A stretch of 64,000 bases of DNA from a virus (Duplodnaviria; Heunggongvirae; Uroviricota; Caudoviricetes). Shown here one piece after another: positions 1-10,601 of this stretch (position 1 is the stretch's first letter; each line of letters begins with the position of its first letter). Position numbers and translations under genes: made by a program. The DNA is taken from positions 96,714 to 160,713 of the IMG/VR virus record IMGVR_UViG_2529292852_000001; one strand, written 5' to 3'. The notes beneath the pieces are model-generated. The model had not been told where the DNA came from and did not search any database. It saw nothing but the letters and a program-made list of their open reading frames with translations.

Positions 1-1443
1 TCTGAACCCTGTGAGCCACAAGGGGTTACACCTTGTTTCTTGTTTACATGTTCTTTTTGAAACAAACAAGCGATAAACGTTGTTATATCAAGCTTTATTG
101 AACCTTAGATTAACTCATAAAAAGCAAGAACTATTTCAGACTTGTCAAAAACTAAGTTTGCATACGAACCACTTCAAAGCCTTGAGAACCAATGGAGGAA
201 GGGTTATTTTTACTTTACATGTTCTTTTCTTCTTTTTCTCCATAAAAATCGCTGTAACCTTTGGTACAACTAGCTTTTACAAGTCGTGCCATTTTGGCAA
301 AAGGCAAGCTCGATTCCAAAGCCAAAAAATCAGTTAATTTTGACTTGCTTTTAAGTCAATTTTATTTCTTGAAGAAATATTTACCCTAATTTTTGACTAA
401 CATATTTTATAGTTTTTATTACTCGAAGAAATAATAGCTTGTTTTAAGTTCACCTAAGATTCCATGCAAGCAGCTTGGATCATACATACAAAAACATCAT
501 TTCAACTCTAAAATCATCACTGATTTTAACAACTAGACAAGCTAAAAACCCTTATCTTATCAGTAATTATATCACATTTGCATAAAAGTATGCTAGATTG
601 AAAGTTGTGATAGTAGTGATAAGCATCTAAAAAAGCTATAAATAAACTAAGATATTAAGCTACTTTTATATTTATCTTCAAATGACTAAATATCATTAGC
701 TATAAATTTACCATGAAAGTTGATTCTATGATTTACATAAAACCAGATGTATTTGGTTATATATAATTATTTACATGTTAAATATCAACGGTTTATGTTT
801 ACATTTGTAGCTATATTTCATCATTGCATCTTCTGCATTTATTTTTAAGCTTAATTATCTACTGCAATTTAACGTTACTTTTACCATATTATTTTGCATC
901 GCTATATAAGCTATTAAAACTGTCCTCTACTGTCGTTTAATGTTTTATGTCTGATTATATCTACACAATATTAAAAGCCTATCTGAGCGTTAAAAACAAC
1001 GTAAATAAGGTCAATAAAAAAGCCAGTATTAATAAAAATACTAGCCAAAGCAATCGTTATTATTAACTTTGTATTAAATTGTTTAAATATCACATCAAGC
1101 CTTATTTTATCTTAATTTTAATTGCATATAAATTATGATTGCTTGTCAGATTCAACTTTTTGCTACTGAGCTTTAATTGTCATTTTAAATTGTCATTTTT
1201 GCTATTTCATTATTAAACTATACCTTTTTATTTAAATAAAGTTTACCTTAACAGTTGCAATAGCTTTAATCTTGTATCTAATCTAAGTTAATTTGAGTTT
1301 TTAGTATCAGCTAAAGATACAAAATTGTTATAATATTCTACCCCACAAACCATTTAAAGTATGCTTGAATATAATTATACCCCTTGAGTTAAAACAAGCT
1401 CTAAAGGGCAAAATAACGCTTATAATGAGGTGAGATTTTTACC

Positions 1444-2250
1444 TTGAATTTAGTACTCAAATATATCAATCGAATTAAACGTAAATTTAACCAACAACCT
1501 TTGTTTTGGCAAGCTATGGAAGAAACATTAATCTTCTTTCCAATAAGTTTGCTGCTATTAGTTGCTTTATATTCTGTAATACAAGTTACAGCTTTACTTT
1601 ACACCGAGGGCTTTTATACTAACTTTCATAGCCTTAGCAATAACCTTAGACTGAGCCTTTGCTTTTGCTTTGTTTTAGTTCTTTATCTAGCCTTTGCTTA
1701 CCTGATCTTTAAGCATCGCAACAGATTCAAACATCTTAACTTCGTTCAATTTAAGCAAGCTAAAACTTACCTTAAACTCATCGCCTACCAAGTCCTCATT
1801 CTTTTAGGTAACGTTACAATCATGCACCTATTTAAGATGTCTGGTACAACTAAAAACGAGCAATTCCTTGATACCTTATTTAAATCTAACGACTTTCGTT
1901 TGGCTTACCTTGCTATCATAACCATCTTAATTGCTCCTGTGATTGAGGAACTGATTTTTAGACTCTTTATCTTTAGCTTTTTTAATCGGCTATCACGTAA
2001 GTTGCTAAACAACGTAAGTAATACTAAACTAAAGCATCACTTAAACCTTACAATAACCGTTTGTGTGTACCTGTTGTCGTCTGGTCTTTTCTCTTTATCG
2101 CACGAACCTACTAACCTACCTTCATTTTTGATCTACTTTTTTATGGGTCTGGTCTTGGCTTATAACTACAATCAAGGTGGAGTTACTAGAAGTATTAGTC
2201 TACACACGTTGAATAATACTTTGGCTTTTGTTGGAAAAATAATAGCTTAA
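1444..2250 (+). CDS. CPBP family intramembrane metalloprotease (CAAX protease/Abi-like)
   Basis: Multi-TM protein with EELIFR, FSLSHEP and SLHTLNN motifs typical of CPBP. Confidence 0.85.
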   Translation: MNLVLKYINRIKRKFNQQPLFWQAMEETLIFFPISLLLLVALYSVIQVTALLYTEGFYTNFHSLSNNLRLSLCFCFVLVLYLAFAYLIFKHRNRFKHLNFVQFKQAKTYLKLIAYQVLILLGNVTIMHLFKMSGTTKNEQFLDTLFKSNDFRLAYLAIITILIAPVIEELIFRLFIFSFFNRLSRKLLNNVSNTKLKHHLNLTITVCVYLLSSGLFSLSHEPTNLPSFLIYFFMGLVLAYNYNQGGVTRSISLHTLNNTLAFVGKIIA

Positions 2251-2287
2251 GCTGCTGAACTGTGTACTGAATGTGCTATACTCACAT

Positions 2288-2382
2288 AGTGAAGGGATAG
2301 CAAGTAGCTGGATAATTAGCTACTCCTCTATCGTAATTAACGATGGACACATTAGACTTATCTATGTTGGATAAGTCTTTTT
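2288..2382 (+). ncRNA. Candidate sRNA (GGATAG-TAGCT..TTAGCTAC family, copy 1)
   Basis: Extended -10 TGcTATACT at 2274-2282, two hairpins, then terminator AGACTTATC/GATAAGTCT plus T-tract; no ORF. Confidence 0.5.
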
Positions 2383-2419
2383 CTATGCAAAAAAAAGAGT
2401 GGTACTAACACCACTCAAC

Positions 2420-2812
2420 CTATAACTTATCTAGTTCTAACTTAATTTCCTTTGCTTTTTCCAACAGTTCTTCTTTGTCTTGCTCAAGCATTGCCTTGAA
2501 CTCTTCTGGACTGTCGTACTCATCGCCAACCAATTCGTTGTACTTTTCTTCTGGCTCGAAGTCATCAATAACCACAAGCAAACGCTCTAACAAGTCTATG
2601 TAGATGTCTTTGCTTGTCATGTTTTTAAACTTACTAACAGGAACGTCTTCAAGTACTGTAAACGTGGTTCTGTTACTCGTTTCAACGCTTAGAAAAATCT
2701 GATCACTATAAGCAAAATACTCACATTCAGCATAACCTTTTTGCAAACCGTAGTTGTCCCATAATTTTCTCGCCTGTTGCTGTACTGCTTGTGCTAACCC
2801 TTGCTTTTTCAT
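2420..2812 (-). CDS. Hypothetical acidic cassette protein
   Basis: 130-aa ORF with GGAGG RBS, followed by a terminator at about 2388-2417. Confidence 0.75.
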   Translation of the reverse strand: MKKQGLAQAVQQQARKLWDNYGLQKGYAECEYFAYSDQIFLSVETSNRTTFTVLEDVPVSKFKNMTSKDIYIDLLERLLVVIDDFEPEEKYNELVGDEYDSPEEFKAMLEQDKEELLEKAKEIKLELDKL

Positions 2813-2825
2813 GTTAATTACCTCC

Positions 2826-2912
2826 CTATAAGATAGTTAATTCAGCGTTGACTAAAACATCGCTTTCTGACGCAAGTTCACTGATTAGATTTTCCAGTGT
2901 GTCATACGTTGC
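2826..2912 (-). pseudogene. 3' remnant of a paralog of 5526..5765, truncated by the tnpB element
   Basis: Translates ATYDTLENLISELASESDVLVNAELTIL*, similar to THETLEGLVNDCWREDDVLVDAEINVF in 5526..5765. Confidence 0.65.
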
Positions 2913-4270
2913 TTGAACTACCCCAACTTATCCTAAAACTTCGTTTCTTAACGGCTTGAAGTTGGGGATTCTAGGAACACCCATAACTTGCTATTTAAAA
3001 TGTATTTTAAACAGTAGAGGTTTAGGCTATTTTACTAAGGTACGTTCCATACCTTTTTTGTTTAAGTTAGAGTTTTTAAACCTCTAGCTAAGATATTTTT
3101 AGCGGCATTCACATCACGATCGTGATGTGTTTGACAATTAGGACAATTCCATTCACGAATATTTAACCACTCTTGTTGTGTTAACTTATCAAAATCATGG
3201 TTTTTCTTACCACAATTAGAACAGATACGACTGGTATTTTTAGGATCAACTATGATTAGTTGTTTTCCATACCATTTGCATTTGTAGTATAAAAGACTAA
3301 CCAACTTATACCAAGCCGCATTTGCAATTGATCTGGATAGATGATGGTTTTTTAACATACCGTTGGTATTTAATTTTTCAACCACAATCACATCGTAATC
3401 TTTAACTAATTTTGTAGTGATTTTATGTAAGTAATCTAAGCGTTGGTTAGCCACTTTATTTTTTAATTTAGCTACCGTTTTTCTTTCAGCTTGATAACGT
3501 GGAAATTGGGTTAATTTTGTTCTAGGAAAAAGTACTTTTTCGTGTTTATCAAAAGCAATTTCAACTTTAGCCTTGTGTAAACGACGTGCTAATTTACGTT
3601 CATGTAATCTTAGTTTAGCTTGCATGTCTTTATCAAAACGGATTGTATCATGTTTAATTCCATCAGAAGTAATGATTAAATCAGACAAGCCTAAATCAAG
3701 TCCAATTACTTTTCCTGTCTTTTTAAAAGTTTGGTTTTCACTTTCAGTTAAAACAGAAAGATAATATTGACCTTGACTGTTAATTCTAAAGGTAACAGCT
3801 TTGATTTTACCTGTAATTTTCCTACCAGTACGATACTTAACTACTCCTAGTTTAGGTAATTTAATGTGATGATTATCTAAAACTTGAATATTATTTTTAA
3901 CAGCTTTACTAGTATACGATTGAGCGTATTTTTTACGTTTAAATCTTGGGAAGCCATTTTTAAGTTTCTTGTTGAAAAAACGTTTAAATGCGTCATCTAA
4001 ATCACGGTTAGCAACTTGAAGTGAGGTTGACTCTGCTTGTTTTAACCAGGGATATTCTAATTTCATGGCTTTTAACATATTATTCATAGCAAAATGATTT
4101 TGATACTTTGCGTCTTTATTATTTTTATGACGTTCAATTTGCATATTTAGCATTTGATTCCATACAAAACGAACACAACCAAAATTAACTAGCAATTGTT
4201 CTTTTTGGGTTTGATTAGGATAGATTCTAGCTTTGATTGCCTTAAGTACCATATTTTTCAACCTCACTTT
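2913..4270 (-). mobile_element. IS200/IS605-family tnpB-only element (IS-A); right end intact, left end not recognisable
   Basis: Right-end hairpin CCCCAACTT..AAGTTGGGG followed by TAGTTCAA, ending at 2913; no left-end hairpin or tnpA upstream. Confidence 0.8.
3062..4267 (-). CDS. tnpB: RNA-guided endonuclease TnpB (probable start 4252)
   Basis: KARIYP N-terminus, RuvC D/E/D motifs (GLDLG, VVEKL, DRDVNAA) and two CxxC pairs. Confidence 0.95.
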   Translation of the reverse strand: MRLKNMVLKAIKARIYPNQTQKEQLLVNFGCVRFVWNQMLNMQIERHKNNKDAKYQNHFAMNNMLKAMKLEYPWLKQAESTSLQVANRDLDDAFKRFFNKKLKNGFPRFKRKKYAQSYTSKAVKNNIQVLDNHHIKLPKLGVVKYRTGRKITGKIKAVTFRINSQGQYYLSVLTESENQTFKKTGKVIGLDLGLSDLIITSDGIKHDTIRFDKDMQAKLRLHERKLARRLHKAKVEIAFDKHEKVLFPRTKLTQFPRYQAERKTVAKLKNKVANQRLDYLHKITTKLVKDYDVIVVEKLNTNGMLKNHHLSRSIANAAWYKLVSLLYYKCKWYGKQLIIVDPKNTSRICSNCGKKNHDFDKLTQQEWLNIREWNCPNCQTHHDRDVNAAKNILARGLKTLT

Positions 4271-4298
4271 CCTTAGAATTTACATCTTTATCTACTCC

Positions 4299-4505
4299 CT
4301 ATTTATTGCTTAATTCAGCCAATCTATCAATTGATTTTCTTAAGGTAGTTACAGTACCGTCTATGTTATCCATAGTATTCTTAAAATCAGTACTATTATA
4401 ATTGTCGCCGAAATAATATTTCCAAGTTTCCCCAGTAATGGTATGTAATACCTCAGTTAAGTCTTCAATAATTTCACTAACTGCTAATCTTTCATTCTTT
4501 TCCAT
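4299..4505 (-). CDS. Hypothetical small cassette protein
   Basis: 68 aa, GGAGG RBS, directly behind cassette promoter 4565-4593. Confidence 0.75.
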   Translation of the reverse strand: MEKNERLAVSEIIEDLTEVLHTITGETWKYYFGDNYNSTDFKNTMDNIDGTVTTLRKSIDRLAELSNK

Positions 4506-4692
4506 GTTAATTCCTCCCTACTTCTTGCTCAAAAGGGCTTTTACCCTTTCCTTAATACACTTATATTATATAACGTTACGCTATATAATGCAAGCATATT
4601 TTATAAACTTTTTCAAAATAAAAAACAAAAAGCGATGCCCCAAACATCGCCCTAACTGTTATTATTTGCTTAACTACTAGTCTTCTTCCAAT

Positions 4693-5055
4693 CTAGTGAA
4701 ACACTGGCAAGCAATCGTCTAATTCATCTACTATACGATATGTCCATAAGTCATCGCCATTTTTATAAACCTCAATAAAATGATTATTTTTATCATATAT
4801 GCAATCATAAACCTTTGCTAGTCCATACTTCTTAATTCTAGACTCTAACTTTAAGCTAGGGATAAAGTCCCTTTCCATGTATAAATACATTAACAGTCCT
4901 TTTGCGTCATATGTACGATTGACCTTAGCTATACTTGACTCATCTTTTGCAAATTCTACAATACTTTTTGCTTTGCTTTCTTTGACGATTGTTTCTACCT
5001 TTGTTTCTGCTAATTTTGTTAGTTGCTTTTCAAAATTTTCTGTTTCTTGATCCAT
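4693..5055 (-). CDS. Hypothetical protein, paralog family X (with 9935..10327 and 11150..11500)
   Basis: Shared KVNRxYDxK..L..L and RIxxYGxxxV(F/Y) motifs and a C-terminal LDDxLP. Confidence 0.8.
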   Translation of the reverse strand: MDQETENFEKQLTKLAETKVETIVKESKAKSIVEFAKDESSIAKVNRTYDAKGLLMYLYMERDFIPSLKLESRIKKYGLAKVYDCIYDKNNHFIEVYKNGDDLWTYRIVDELDDCLPVFH

Positions 5056-5075
5056 CTTAACTGCCCCCCTTAATG

Positions 5076-5447
5076 TTATCTTCTGCCTTTATTTATTTCA
5101 TTTAATCTATTGATGAACCTACAGTAGTAGCCTAAGTCACTTGCAAGCCCTGCCTTGTCGTTATCTTCAACGTGTATCATCATGTTCTTGTAGTTCTCAA
5201 ACAAGTCTTTGATAACACCTTCGATTTTAATGGTTTTCTCGTCCTTTTTCTCCACTTTCTCATCTTCTTTCTTATCTTCTACTTCAAGCTTTTCTAACGA
5301 ATAAACCGACCAACCAGGCACTTTTTCAGCCTTAGCTTGAGCGTCTGCTAGATTTTCGTATGTAGTGATGTAGCCATTGTCTCTTTTTAGCAAAATTCTG
5401 CCTTCGATTTCTGTTCCGATAACATAATATTTAGTCATTAGCGTCAC
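5076..5447 (-). CDS. Hypothetical cassette protein
   Basis: 123-aa ORF inside the cassette operon. Confidence 0.75.
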   Translation of the reverse strand: MTLMTKYYVIGTEIEGRILLKRDNGYITTYENLADAQAKAEKVPGWSVYSLEKLEVEDKKEDEKVEKKDEKTIKIEGVIKDLFENYKNMMIHVEDNDKAGLASDLGYYCRFINRLNEINKGRR

Positions 5448-5525
5448 TCCTGTCGTTTTATTTTCTATAAATGTTGTCGTTCATTAAACCAAATCTAACA
5501 ACTCTGTCTTTGCCTGTTGTTCCTC

Positions 5526-5765
5526 CTAAAATACGTTTATTTCTGCATCAACTAAAACGTCATCTTCTCTCCAACAGTCGTTAACTAATCCTTCAAGTGT
5601 TTCATGAGTTTTAGTAACCAGATTGTCGGTTAAATTAACAAGCGCATATCCGTATTCTTCGCCTGCCACAACAAGAAATAAATCACCGTTATGATCTTTA
5701 ATAACATTGCCAATTTTGTACATTTCTTTAGCTTTTACTTGCTTTTTTTTAAAATTAATCTTCAT
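5526..5765 (-). CDS. Hypothetical cassette protein (start MKINF)
   Basis: GGAGG RBS precedes MKINF; first gene after promoter 5845. Confidence 0.75.
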   Translation of the reverse strand: MKINFKKKQVKAKEMYKIGNVIKDHNGDLFLVVAGEEYGYALVNLTDNLVTKTHETLEGLVNDCWREDDVLVDAEINVF

Positions 5766-5946
5766 TTTGTTTCCTCCATTCAAAACGTTAAATTCCATTA
5801 CTTCTTGCTCAAAAGGGCTTTAACCCTTTCCTTATTACACTTATATTATATAACGTTACTCTATATAATGCAAGTATATTTTATAAACTTTTTCAAAATA
5901 AAAAAATAAAAAAGCGATGAAATTAATCATCGCCAAAACCCCTTTC

Positions 5947-6510
5947 TTACGCATTTACCGATTTCGGAAAATACAATTTGATGCCGTAGTTTTCAGCAAG
6001 CAATTTCCACCCTTGTCTGAACTCGTCTGTGGTGTATCTGTTGTTGTCACTAGCTTTGCAATAGTCTTCAAAAGACATTTGCTTGAGTGCTAGAAAAGGC
6101 TTGCCCAAGTCATAAGCAAAAAATGTTGCTGTACATCTGTCAAAACTACCATGAGAGCCTTCAAAAAAGTTCAAAACCATAAAGCCATCATCATTATCAC
6201 AGTCCCACAAATAGTCTTCGTCAGCATGAAAAGCACGGTTTTGTTGAGCTTTATCTAAGTTATTAACATCGCCCTCATAATTAATTCCAATTGTCTTTTG
6301 ACCTAACCATTGATAATAAGCTTTTTCGTAGCCATCGCCAAAAGGCTTATCTAACTTTAATTCATAATACAATGGAAATTGTGCTACTAAGTTCAAAGCG
6401 TCCATAAGCATTGAGCGACCGTAGCCCCACTGATAATGCAAAACTGTTGAAAATTTAGTTGTACCTTGTTTATCGTTTAATTTAACCATTAATTGTGTTC
6501 TTTCGCCCAT
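5947..6510 (-). CDS. Hypothetical cassette protein
   Basis: 187 aa, with its own promoter (6556) and terminator. Confidence 0.8.
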   Translation of the reverse strand: MGERTQLMVKLNDKQGTTKFSTVLHYQWGYGRSMLMDALNLVAQFPLYYELKLDKPFGDGYEKAYYQWLGQKTIGINYEGDVNNLDKAQQNRAFHADEDYLWDCDNDDGFMVLNFFEGSHGSFDRCTATFFAYDLGKPFLALKQMSFEDYCKASDNNRYTTDEFRQGWKLLAENYGIKLYFPKSVNA

Positions 6511-6716
6511 GTTAATCTGCTCCTTCGTTTATGTTTTCCTTTAACTTACATATATATTATATAACGTTACTCTATATAATGCAAGTATATTTTATAAACT
6601 TTTTCAAAATAAAAAAAACAAAACAATAGTTAGCTATAACTTAGATCCACGCTGCACCAACCCCCACCACAAGCTCCATGCAAGCAATAAAAAAAGCGAT
6701 GAACCAAACATCGCTC

Positions 6717-6980
6717 CTAATCTTCATAATTAACTAACTTTTCAACGTGTAAAGCCGTTTTACCAGACTTCTTAATTAACCATACTAACAGTTGAATTAA
6801 CTTCTCTAACAACTTCACGGCAATCAATAAAACCATTAGTAAAGCAATCACTAGATAAATACCGTACTTATAGATTAAGTAACTAGCAACCACTGCAATT
6901 AAGACAAGCACTGCGAAATATAATAATACTGTGATAAACATACCTGTTGACTCAAACCCTGTAACTATCCAATCCATCAT
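6717..6980 (-). CDS. Small membrane protein
   Basis: Two hydrophobic segments; own promoter (7069) and terminator. Confidence 0.75.
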   Translation of the reverse strand: MMDWIVTGFESTGMFITVLLYFAVLVLIAVVASYLIYKYGIYLVIALLMVLLIAVKLLEKLIQLLVWLIKKSGKTALHVEKLVNYED

Positions 6981-7197
6981 GACAATCTCTCCCTTATCTA
7001 ACGTTACTCTATGATTACTTTAAAATATTAAGGGCTTTGTTTAACCCCTTTCCTTAACTTACATATATATTATATAACGTTACGCTATTAATTGCAAGTC
7101 TTTTTTATAAACTTTTTTAAAGTAGTAAAATAAAATGTAGCTCCATCTGGTGCAATTCAAGTAATAAAAAAGCGATGCCTCAATCATCGCTCTAGCC

Positions 7198-7551
7198 TTA
7201 TTTTACTGTTTTTTCTAACTCTACTTTTACTTCATCACAAGCTTTCATAATGTTTGTTAGATTTTCCTTGAACTCACTGTAAGCAACAAAATTAATACCA
7301 GTAACTTCTTTAACAACCAAATTAAAGCTACCGTCTTGGTAGTAACTTTCAAGGTTATCGAATTGCATAAAAGTTGAACCAAACTCTAGTCCGTTTTGTT
7401 CGTCATCATCTAAGCTAACTTCCACACTACCGTCTGAGTAATGCGAGATAGCAACGGCAACCACACCTTCAACATCACTGTTTAATAATTTTGTTTGTTC
7501 GTTTGTTTCAAAACCGTCTGTACCGTATGTTTTAAATTTAATTTCAATCAT
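7198..7551 (-). CDS. Hypothetical acidic cassette protein
   Basis: 117 aa, with its own promoter (7597) and terminator. Confidence 0.8.
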   Translation of the reverse strand: MIEIKFKTYGTDGFETNEQTKLLNSDVEGVVAVAISHYSDGSVEVSLDDDEQNGLEFGSTFMQFDNLESYYQDGSFNLVVKEVTGINFVAYSEFKENLTNIMKACDEVKVELEKTVK

Positions 7552-7700
7552 GGCAATCGCTCCTTTGTCTGTTATCGTTCTTTACCTTATGTCTATATTA
7601 TATAACGTTACTCTATATAATGCAAGTATATTTTATTAACTTTTTCAAAATAAAAACAAAAAAGCGATGCTAGAATTGCTCTAACATCGCCCTATCTTGC

Positions 7701-7982
7701 TTAAAAATAAAATGCACCGTCTGTATGTACTACTCGACCATCTGAACTTTCAAAATTGTACATCTCGTCTATCTCTTCAATTAAGTCATCAGCTAAATCT
7801 TCGTCTTCGCCTTGACCCTTAGCAAAATCTTCTCTAGTTGGATAAACTTCTATAGCCATTGTTCTCCACTCTTGACTACTGTATTTTCCAAAACTTTCTT
7901 CGTGTTCGATTAAGTCCTGTGCTAACTTTGGATCGACTTTTTTTAACTCACTAAAATCGTATACTGTTGACTCATAACTCAT
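7701..7982 (-). CDS. Acidic protein, shortened tandem paralog of 7995..8339
   Basis: Both begin MSYE..YD..ELKKVDPKLA and end with S.DG..V; very D/E rich. Confidence 0.75.
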   Translation of the reverse strand: MSYESTVYDFSELKKVDPKLAQDLIEHEESFGKYSSQEWRTMAIEVYPTREDFAKGQGEDEDLADDLIEEIDEMYNFESSDGRVVHTDGAFYF

Positions 7983-7994
7983 ATTTACCCCTCC

Positions 7995-8339
7995 TTAAAA
8001 TCCATATGATGTACGTACAATCTTGCCTTCATCACTAGCGTAATATAGTGACCTGTCCCAGTTTTTGATTAAGTCATCTGCTAACCTTTTATAATCAATA
8101 TAGTTAAAGGGATTAACCGCACCTTCATACTTAGTACCTTGCACCACTTCTAGCCCTAGCTCTTCGTACGCACCATCTTCTAGCTCATACTTAGCAAATT
8201 CAACTTCATTAGGAAAAACTAGAAAATCCTCGTTTTTCCAGTCCTCGCTCCAAGCGTACCAAGATAACTCATTAGCTAACTTTGGATCGACCTTTTTTAA
8301 TTCTTCTAAATTATCATAGCTTTCATATTCGTAACTCAT
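7995..8339 (-). CDS. Acidic protein resembling the ArdA C-terminal domain (putative DNA mimic)
   Basis: FAKYELED..NPFNYIDYKRLADDL resembles the ArdA YIDYE..GRDL motif; no ArdA N-terminal domain seen. Confidence 0.55.
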   Translation of the reverse strand: MSYEYESYDNLEELKKVDPKLANELSWYAWSEDWKNEDFLVFPNEVEFAKYELEDGAYEELGLEVVQGTKYEGAVNPFNYIDYKRLADDLIKNWDRSLYYASDEGKIVRTSYGF

Positions 8340-8375
8340 GTTTATCTTCTCCTTTATTCTTTCTTTGACCTTTTC

Positions 8376-8738
8376 TTAAGCTATACGCTCCAACTCTTTG
8401 TCTACCCTAACAGTACCGTATTCTGAAAACGCTGGGTTCTCTAAGTTTTCCACATAAGACCAAACATAGCCCTGCTTAGCTGCCTCTAACTCTTCATCAA
8501 ACACTTCTTTATCTGTTGAAACAACGTAGATATTCAAGAAATAAAACTTTGTAGAATAACCAAAGATTACGTTGTTGTCATCTTCCAAACGTTGTAAAAG
8601 TTTTTCGTCACGAGCCTTAATTACGGCTTTGGTTTCTTTTTCGATTACCTTAATATCATCAGTTGTAAACTTGATACCTGTTAGTTGACTTAAAATCTTA
8701 CTTGCTTGTTTGATTTGCTTTTCTCTTAAGTTATTCAT
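8376..8738 (-). CDS. Hypothetical cassette protein
   Basis: 120 aa, first gene after promoter 8830. Confidence 0.8.
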   Translation of the reverse strand: MNNLREKQIKQASKILSQLTGIKFTTDDIKVIEKETKAVIKARDEKLLQRLEDDNNVIFGYSTKFYFLNIYVVSTDKEVFDEELEAAKQGYVWSYVENLENPAFSEYGTVRVDKELERIA

Positions 8739-8955
8739 TGTTATCTACTCCTTTTATCTAACGTTACTCTATATATTGAGTAAATTAATAAGGGCTTTTG
8801 TTTTATCCCTTCCTTTACCTTACATATATATTATATAACGTTACGCTATATAATGCAAGTACTTTTTAATAACTTTTTCAAAATAAAAAACAAAAAAAGC
8901 GATGTCTTAATCATCGCTCTTACTTTATTCATCAGCTTGTTCAAAGTTATCAACC

Positions 8956-9279
8956 TTAATTCTTTAGTGGTTTCCATTCATCTTTTTCCAACACTCTTAC
9001 TACTGGAGAAATAACTTCCATAAAGTCCGTTAGACTATCGCCTTCAACCGACTTTATAACCCACATATCCCATTCTTTTTCAAATTGTTCAAGTGTCAAC
9101 CTACGTCCAAACTCAACTTTACCACCTTTTTCAGTAAAATAAAGGTCAATCGGCAAAACGTGCGTTACCTTATCTTCGTCAAACTCACTTCCTTCGCATG
9201 TTGCAATTGCATACGTACGAAACTCACTGTTGCCTCCTGGTAATGCTAACGTTACAACATAATCTTTACTCATTATCAT
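8956..9279 (-). CDS. Hypothetical cassette protein
   Basis: About 105 aa, overlapping the upstream ORF. Confidence 0.75.
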   Translation of the reverse strand: MIMSKDYVVTLALPGGNSEFRTYAIATCEGSEFDEDKVTHVLPIDLYFTEKGGKVEFGRRLTLEQFEKEWDMWVIKSVEGDSLTDFMEVISPVVRVLEKDEWKPLKN

Positions 9280-9502
9280 CTACTCCTTTTACGTACTTTC
9301 CAATTACGCTTATAATATGTCCTACTTCTTCTAAATCTTCAGCTAGTAAGCTCATTGTGTTAACGTTTATATTACTTCCAAACTGAACTTCAAAATTGTT
9401 GAAACCATAGCTTACTGATACCATGTCATCATAAACATCAACATCAGTACAACCAAACTTTTCTTCCAACTCTTTTAACATTTTTTCTTTATCTTTAATC
9501 AT
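9266..9502 (-). CDS. Hypothetical acidic cassette protein
   Basis: 78 aa, first gene after promoter 9587. Confidence 0.75.
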   Translation of the reverse strand: MIKDKEKMLKELEEKFGCTDVDVYDDMVSVSYGFNNFEVQFGSNINVNTMSLLAEDLEEVGHIISVIGKYVKGVDDNE

Positions 9503-9689
9503 GGTTATCTACCCCTTTATCTAACGTTACTCTACTTTTAAACCAAAGTAATAAGGGCTTTTACCCTTTCCTTAACTTACATATATATTATATAACGTTA
9601 CGCTATATAATGCAAGTGTTTTTTATAAACTTTTTCAATTCGATAAACTGTTTTTTAACTCCAGTTATTACGATTCTTGTTTCTTAGTT

Positions 9690-9900
9690 CGTGCCACCCC
9701 TTGCCTGTACCTTTAGCTTAACCAATAGTCTACATGCTTGTTCATGTGGCTTAATTTTAGCCTTATTTTAGCTCTTATACTAACCTTGCTTATAATTACA
9801 CTCAAACACCAATACAAGCTCTCTATCATGCCTTTAGCTACGCTACAAGGCTCGCTGCTGCACCTACTCCCTGACCTGCAGCCAATGCTCCAATCATAAA
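9690..9900. repeat. Long hairpin linker repeat
   Basis: Shares CTTG..TATAATTACACTCAAACACC..TACAAGCTC..AAGGCTCGCTGC with the other linkers; lies between a terminator and the next promoter. Confidence 0.8.
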
Positions 9901-9934
9901 AAAGCAATGGCTCGCACCATCGCTCTTACTTTAT

Positions 9935-10327
9935 TTATAATTCACTTTCATCTAGTGGTAAAACATCTTGCAAATCTTCAAGTATTTCTTCTAACCAATC
10001 ATCTGAATACCAACCATAAAAACGCTCTGCAAGATATATATTTACTATATCGCTCTCATCACTGTATAGCTTTGCAAACACTTCCTTTATTCCATAATTA
10101 TTTATCCTTGCCTTTAACTCTGAGTCACAATCGTACGTTTCTAATTCTAACAAGTATTCGATACATTCCTTTGTGTCATATGCTCGCTTTAACTTATATA
10201 CTGTTTCTTTGCTCATCGCTAGTTCCTTGACGCTTGTTTCCTTGCTTATTAATTCCTTGATGTATCTCTCTAATAATACCTTTAAGTCTACCTTTTCTAA
10301 GTCATATTCTTTAAATACATATTTCAT
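9935..10327 (-). CDS. Hypothetical protein, paralog family X
   Basis: KLKRAYDTKE..L, RINNYGIKEVF and LQDVLPLD motifs. Confidence 0.8.
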   Translation of the reverse strand: MKYVFKEYDLEKVDLKVLLERYIKELISKETSVKELAMSKETVYKLKRAYDTKECIEYLLELETYDCDSELKARINNYGIKEVFAKLYSDESDIVNIYLAERFYGWYSDDWLEEILEDLQDVLPLDESEL

Positions 10328-10601
10328 GGTTATCTACTCCTTTTATCTAACGTTACTCTATATATTGAGTAAATTAATAAGGGCTTTTGTTTTATCCCTT
10401 CCTTAACTTACATATATATTATATAACGTTACTCTATATAATGCAAGTGTTTTTTATAAACTTTTTCAAAATAGTAAAATAAATGTTAGCTCCAGTCGGT
10501 ACGATGCAAGCACTACACAACCAATATTCAAGCACCAAAAAAGCCGTTGTCTTAACGGCTTAGTCTGTATTATTCTTTTTTTCTCTTTTCTAGTCTTTCG
10601 A

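Noticed and set aside
80-337. 85-aa ORF
   Set aside because: TTG start without SD, low-complexity sequence, no recognisable motif.
2845-2870. AAAGCGATG..AACGCT as another cassette terminator
   Set aside because: It lies inside the coding remnant 2826..2912 and lacks the CATCGC arm.
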